The notes under the pieces were generated by a model that was not told where the DNA came from, made no database searches, and was given only the letters and a program-made list of their open reading frames with translations. The position numbers were made by a program, and so were the translations under genes. Below are positions 60,412 to 64,000 of a stretch of DNA of 64,000 bases, one piece after another (the first letter of the stretch is position 1; every line of letters begins with the position of its first letter). Origin of the DNA: the human T2T-CHM13v2.0 reference genome, Homo sapiens; NCBI RefSeq assembly GCF_009914755.1, contig NC_060928.1, one strand, 5' to 3'.

Positions 60412-60830
60412 GGCCCGGCATGGTGGCTCGGGCCTGTAATCCTAGCACTTTGAGAGGCCACAGCGGCCTCCCAAAGGATCGCCTGAGGCCAGGAATTCAA
60501 GACCAGCCCGGACAACACAGTGCGATCCCGTCTCTATTTATTTAAAAAAAATAAAAGAGGAAGTACTCGCGGTACAGCACAGAGGATTGCTTGAGCCCAG
60601 GAATTGGAGACCAGTTTGGGTAACATAGCAAGTCCTCGTCTCTACTAAACAACAACAACAAAAATTACTCAGGCACGATGGTGCACATCTGTATTCCCAG
60701 CTACTCTGGAGACAGGAGGATGGCCTGAGCCCAGGAGACAGAGGCTGCAGTGAGCCGAGATCGTGCAACTGCATTCCAGCCTGGGCAACAGACTGAGACT
60801 CCGTCTCCAAAAAAACAAAACCAAACCAAA
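60412..60830 (+). mobile_element. FLAM-like monomer (60412-60550) plus AluJ (60580-60830)
   Basis: Alu arms flanked by duplicated ACTGAAGAACTGG. Confidence 0.85.
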
Positions 60831-60982
60831 ACTGAAGAACTGGGAAAATATTCATGATACTTATTAGGAATGAATGGCTAAGTTTACTAATATCCCCAAA
60901 ACTCTTAATGACAAAAGATGTAAACACACATTTCAGAGAAGGAACTAAAAATGGAGGATAAGCAAATTGAAAAGGTGCTCAA

Positions 60983-61316
60983 TTTCCTTCCTTCCTTCCT
61001 TCCTTCCTTCCTTCCTTCCTTCCTTCCTTCCTTCCTTCCTTCCTTCCAGACGGATTCTCACTCTTTTGCCCAATGGCACAATCTTGGCTCACTGCAACCT
61101 CCACCTCCCAGGTTCAAGCGATTCTCGTGCCTCAACCTCCCAAGCAGCTGAGATTACAGGCATGTGCCACCACTCTAGGCAAATGTGTGTATTTTTAGTA
61201 GAGATGCGATTTCCTCATGTTGGCCAGGCTGGTCTCGAACTCCTGGCCTCAAGTGATCCACCCACCTTGGCCTCGCAAAGTGCTGGGATTACAGGCGTGA
61301 GCCACCGTGACCGGCC
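60983..61316 (-). mobile_element. Alu with (TTCC)n tail microsatellite
   Basis: (TTCC)n at 60983-61027, then antisense Alu. Confidence 0.92.
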
Positions 61317-61768
61317 AGGAGGGCGTTTTTCACCTGTAACGTTTGCAACTGTGAGTTCACATCAATCGCCCCATTTTCAGTTCTGCACCGGAGACTTCAA
61401 TCTAGTTTTCTTGTTTTCCATAATTATAACTGTTCTCTCTAGTAGTGAGAAACTCGGCTCCCGTCACTCTCAATATATTTAGTTACAGAGTCCTCCCCCT
61501 CCATGTATCCAGTCTCCCATTCCCTCTGCCCCACTATCCTACTGCTTGGACTTGGGTACCCTTCTCTGGCTGCTGCCTCCACTGCCCCTACACAGATGCC
61601 CCCTCTAACCATGTAGATTCTGCCACCCTACTGTGTCCTCTCTACCCCGCCCCCACATGTACACCTACCTCGACGTTGTTGGCTGTACATTCCCTGTGGG
61701 TCTTCCCTTCCATGCAGGTGCCCTCCCTGCTTGGCCCCTCCGTTAATTCAGACATTAAAGATAAATGC

Positions 61769-62203
<435 letters not shown>

Positions 62204-63937
62204 TTAACGACACCTTTGCTGGCATTGGATATTATCTATATTTTTCCAGTCCCTTTTTCTTTTGGTTTCTTTCATAAGGGCTGTGCCCAGGACAGAACGA
62301 ATTCCAGAGCTCTTTATGGAGCCATCTCATCCAGCCGCCTGACTCACCTACGTTCATACCTCAGCCATCTGATTCGTTTTGATCACCAGTTTTGATCTGA
62401 TTAACTGGTGAGCTGCAGAGTACTAAGCCATTGGTATAGTTACCACATTTCTTTAATGAGCTCATGCTCCCCCCATTCAAAAAGTAGTGACTGAGCAGCA
62501 GTATGATGTGCTGGGTTTTATAGGAGTTTGCAAAGATGTGTAAGTTACAGTCTCTGGCCCTCAATGCTCTTGTATTCTTGAAAAGGGCAGATATTCAGAT
62601 GATATTATGAATACAGCGGTCATGTGATAAGAACTCCAACATAATCTGGGGTTCAGGTTATGCACCTGGAAAGTGGTGTGTCCAAAATCTTCCAGTGCCA
62701 ATATTCAGAGTGATTCCACAGTTACACGCCACCACCCTGTAAACTCACCTCCCTCTCCTTCCCAACACAAGCCCTGTGCCCCCATCAGACTAGTCTCCTG
62801 GCCTCCAAATGCAAAAATACACTGTGTTTACTACTGATGGCATATCTTATCAGAACCCCTCCCACTCCTCAGACAGCTGCATACATACGTTCTCTCATTT
62901 AACTCACACAGCAACTCTGTTGAGGCAGTTATTTTAATCTTCCCTCCTTAGATACTGACACTGACTTCAAAGATGGTCTTGCCAAAGGTCTTAAAAATGG
63001 GGCAGAAAGTTGAACCTAGGGATGTCAGACCCCAAATTGTGTGGGCATCCTTCCCTTGCCACGGGCAGCTTCATTGCCAGGGTGTCCTTCCCCATGTCCT
63101 GCTCTTCTTCCCGCAGGGACCACCCTCCCTCTCTGCCCAGTGCCTGCCTCTTGGTTTTATGTAGGTTTTATCCATCCATCAAGGTCCAGCTGAAAAGCCC
63201 ACAAAATTTCCCAAATCCTCCCGGCTGAGATTTCTCCGGGAAGCTGAATCACAGTCTTTGGTAGACTTTTCACAAGGTCATCTGGCAAGGTTTTGATGGA
63301 GATAGATGGGATCTCCAAAGGAATAATTCCTGGGCCCCAAGCTGACTTCTAGTGACATCCCCAGAGTCACGTGTTCCTCTGGGTGGAAACTCTTTTAAAA
63401 CAAATGTTCACCTTATTCACTGGGCTTGATAAATTCTCCCTGGGTGAAGGCCACGTGGAGCCCCTGGTCTGATGGGGACAGGAGGGACTGTGTGTGAAAA
63501 GGAAATTAATTCAATGCTCGCAAAAGGAAGATTCTATCAGGAAATATACCTAATTGGTGTAAAAGGACACTGTGGTTGTTGGCACTAAGCCACTCACCCT
63601 GCCAGCTTCAGTGCTTAGTGTATTTATGTCCTTTGTCACCTTCCTAATTGGAAGGAGTCACTCTACTGACTCACCATCTTTCTCCCCTTTATGGAAGAGC
63701 CGTGGGAGGTAATGTCACTCAAGGTCAAGGGCTCAGAATTGGTCTGGGTCTGCAGTGAGATGGTGTCATTACCCTGAGAGCTGCTTGGCAGCGTTTGGAA
63801 GGTAAATTAGTGTCTTCAGTTGAAGACTTGCTGCACAGATGGCCACCTTAGTTGGCGTGACATCTCACTTCCTTGTCTCCCCCTCAGAGGAAAATGCCTG
63901 GGATGGCTGGGCCTCATGACTATGAATTTCCATTACT

Positions 63938-64000
63938 TTTTTTTTTTTTCCAAGATGGAGTCTCGCTCTGTCACCCAGGCTGGAGTGCAATGGCGTGATC
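63938..64000 (-). mobile_element. Alu 3' end (continues past the window)
   Basis: Poly-T then gatggagtctcgctctgtcacccaggctgg. Confidence 0.9.

Noticed and set aside
60967-61482. 171-aa ORF and the many similar ORFs containing SPRLECSG or SQSAGITG
   Set aside because: Alu and microsatellite translations

Overview
Primate (most likely human) intergenic DNA that is rich in Alus and other repeats. I see no intact protein-coding gene, RNA gene or CRISPR array. The only gene-derived sequence is a disabled, intronless retrocopy of alpha2-chimaerin (CHN1) at about 41.4-43.7 kb. The rest comprises about 40 Alu copies or fragments, several solo LTRs with visible target-site duplications (MLT2, MER41, an LTR2 nested in MER9, MER52, an LTR47-like ERVL LTR, and MST/MLT1 MaLRs), old L1 fragments (one 5'-inverted), DNA-transposon relics, a 17-bp VNTR and microsatellites. 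There are also several CpG/GC-rich promoter- or enhancer-like patches with no obvious gene. I found no evidence of a new multi-gene system. The best second-look items are a MER41 LTR with both GAS motifs intact, a 39-bp pre-miRNA-like hairpin at 24.18-24.27 kb, the CHN1 retrocopy, a perfect DR4 element, and possible lncRNA promoters and exons. Repeat family names come from recalled consensus sequences, not a database search. Boundaries without a TSD are approximate.
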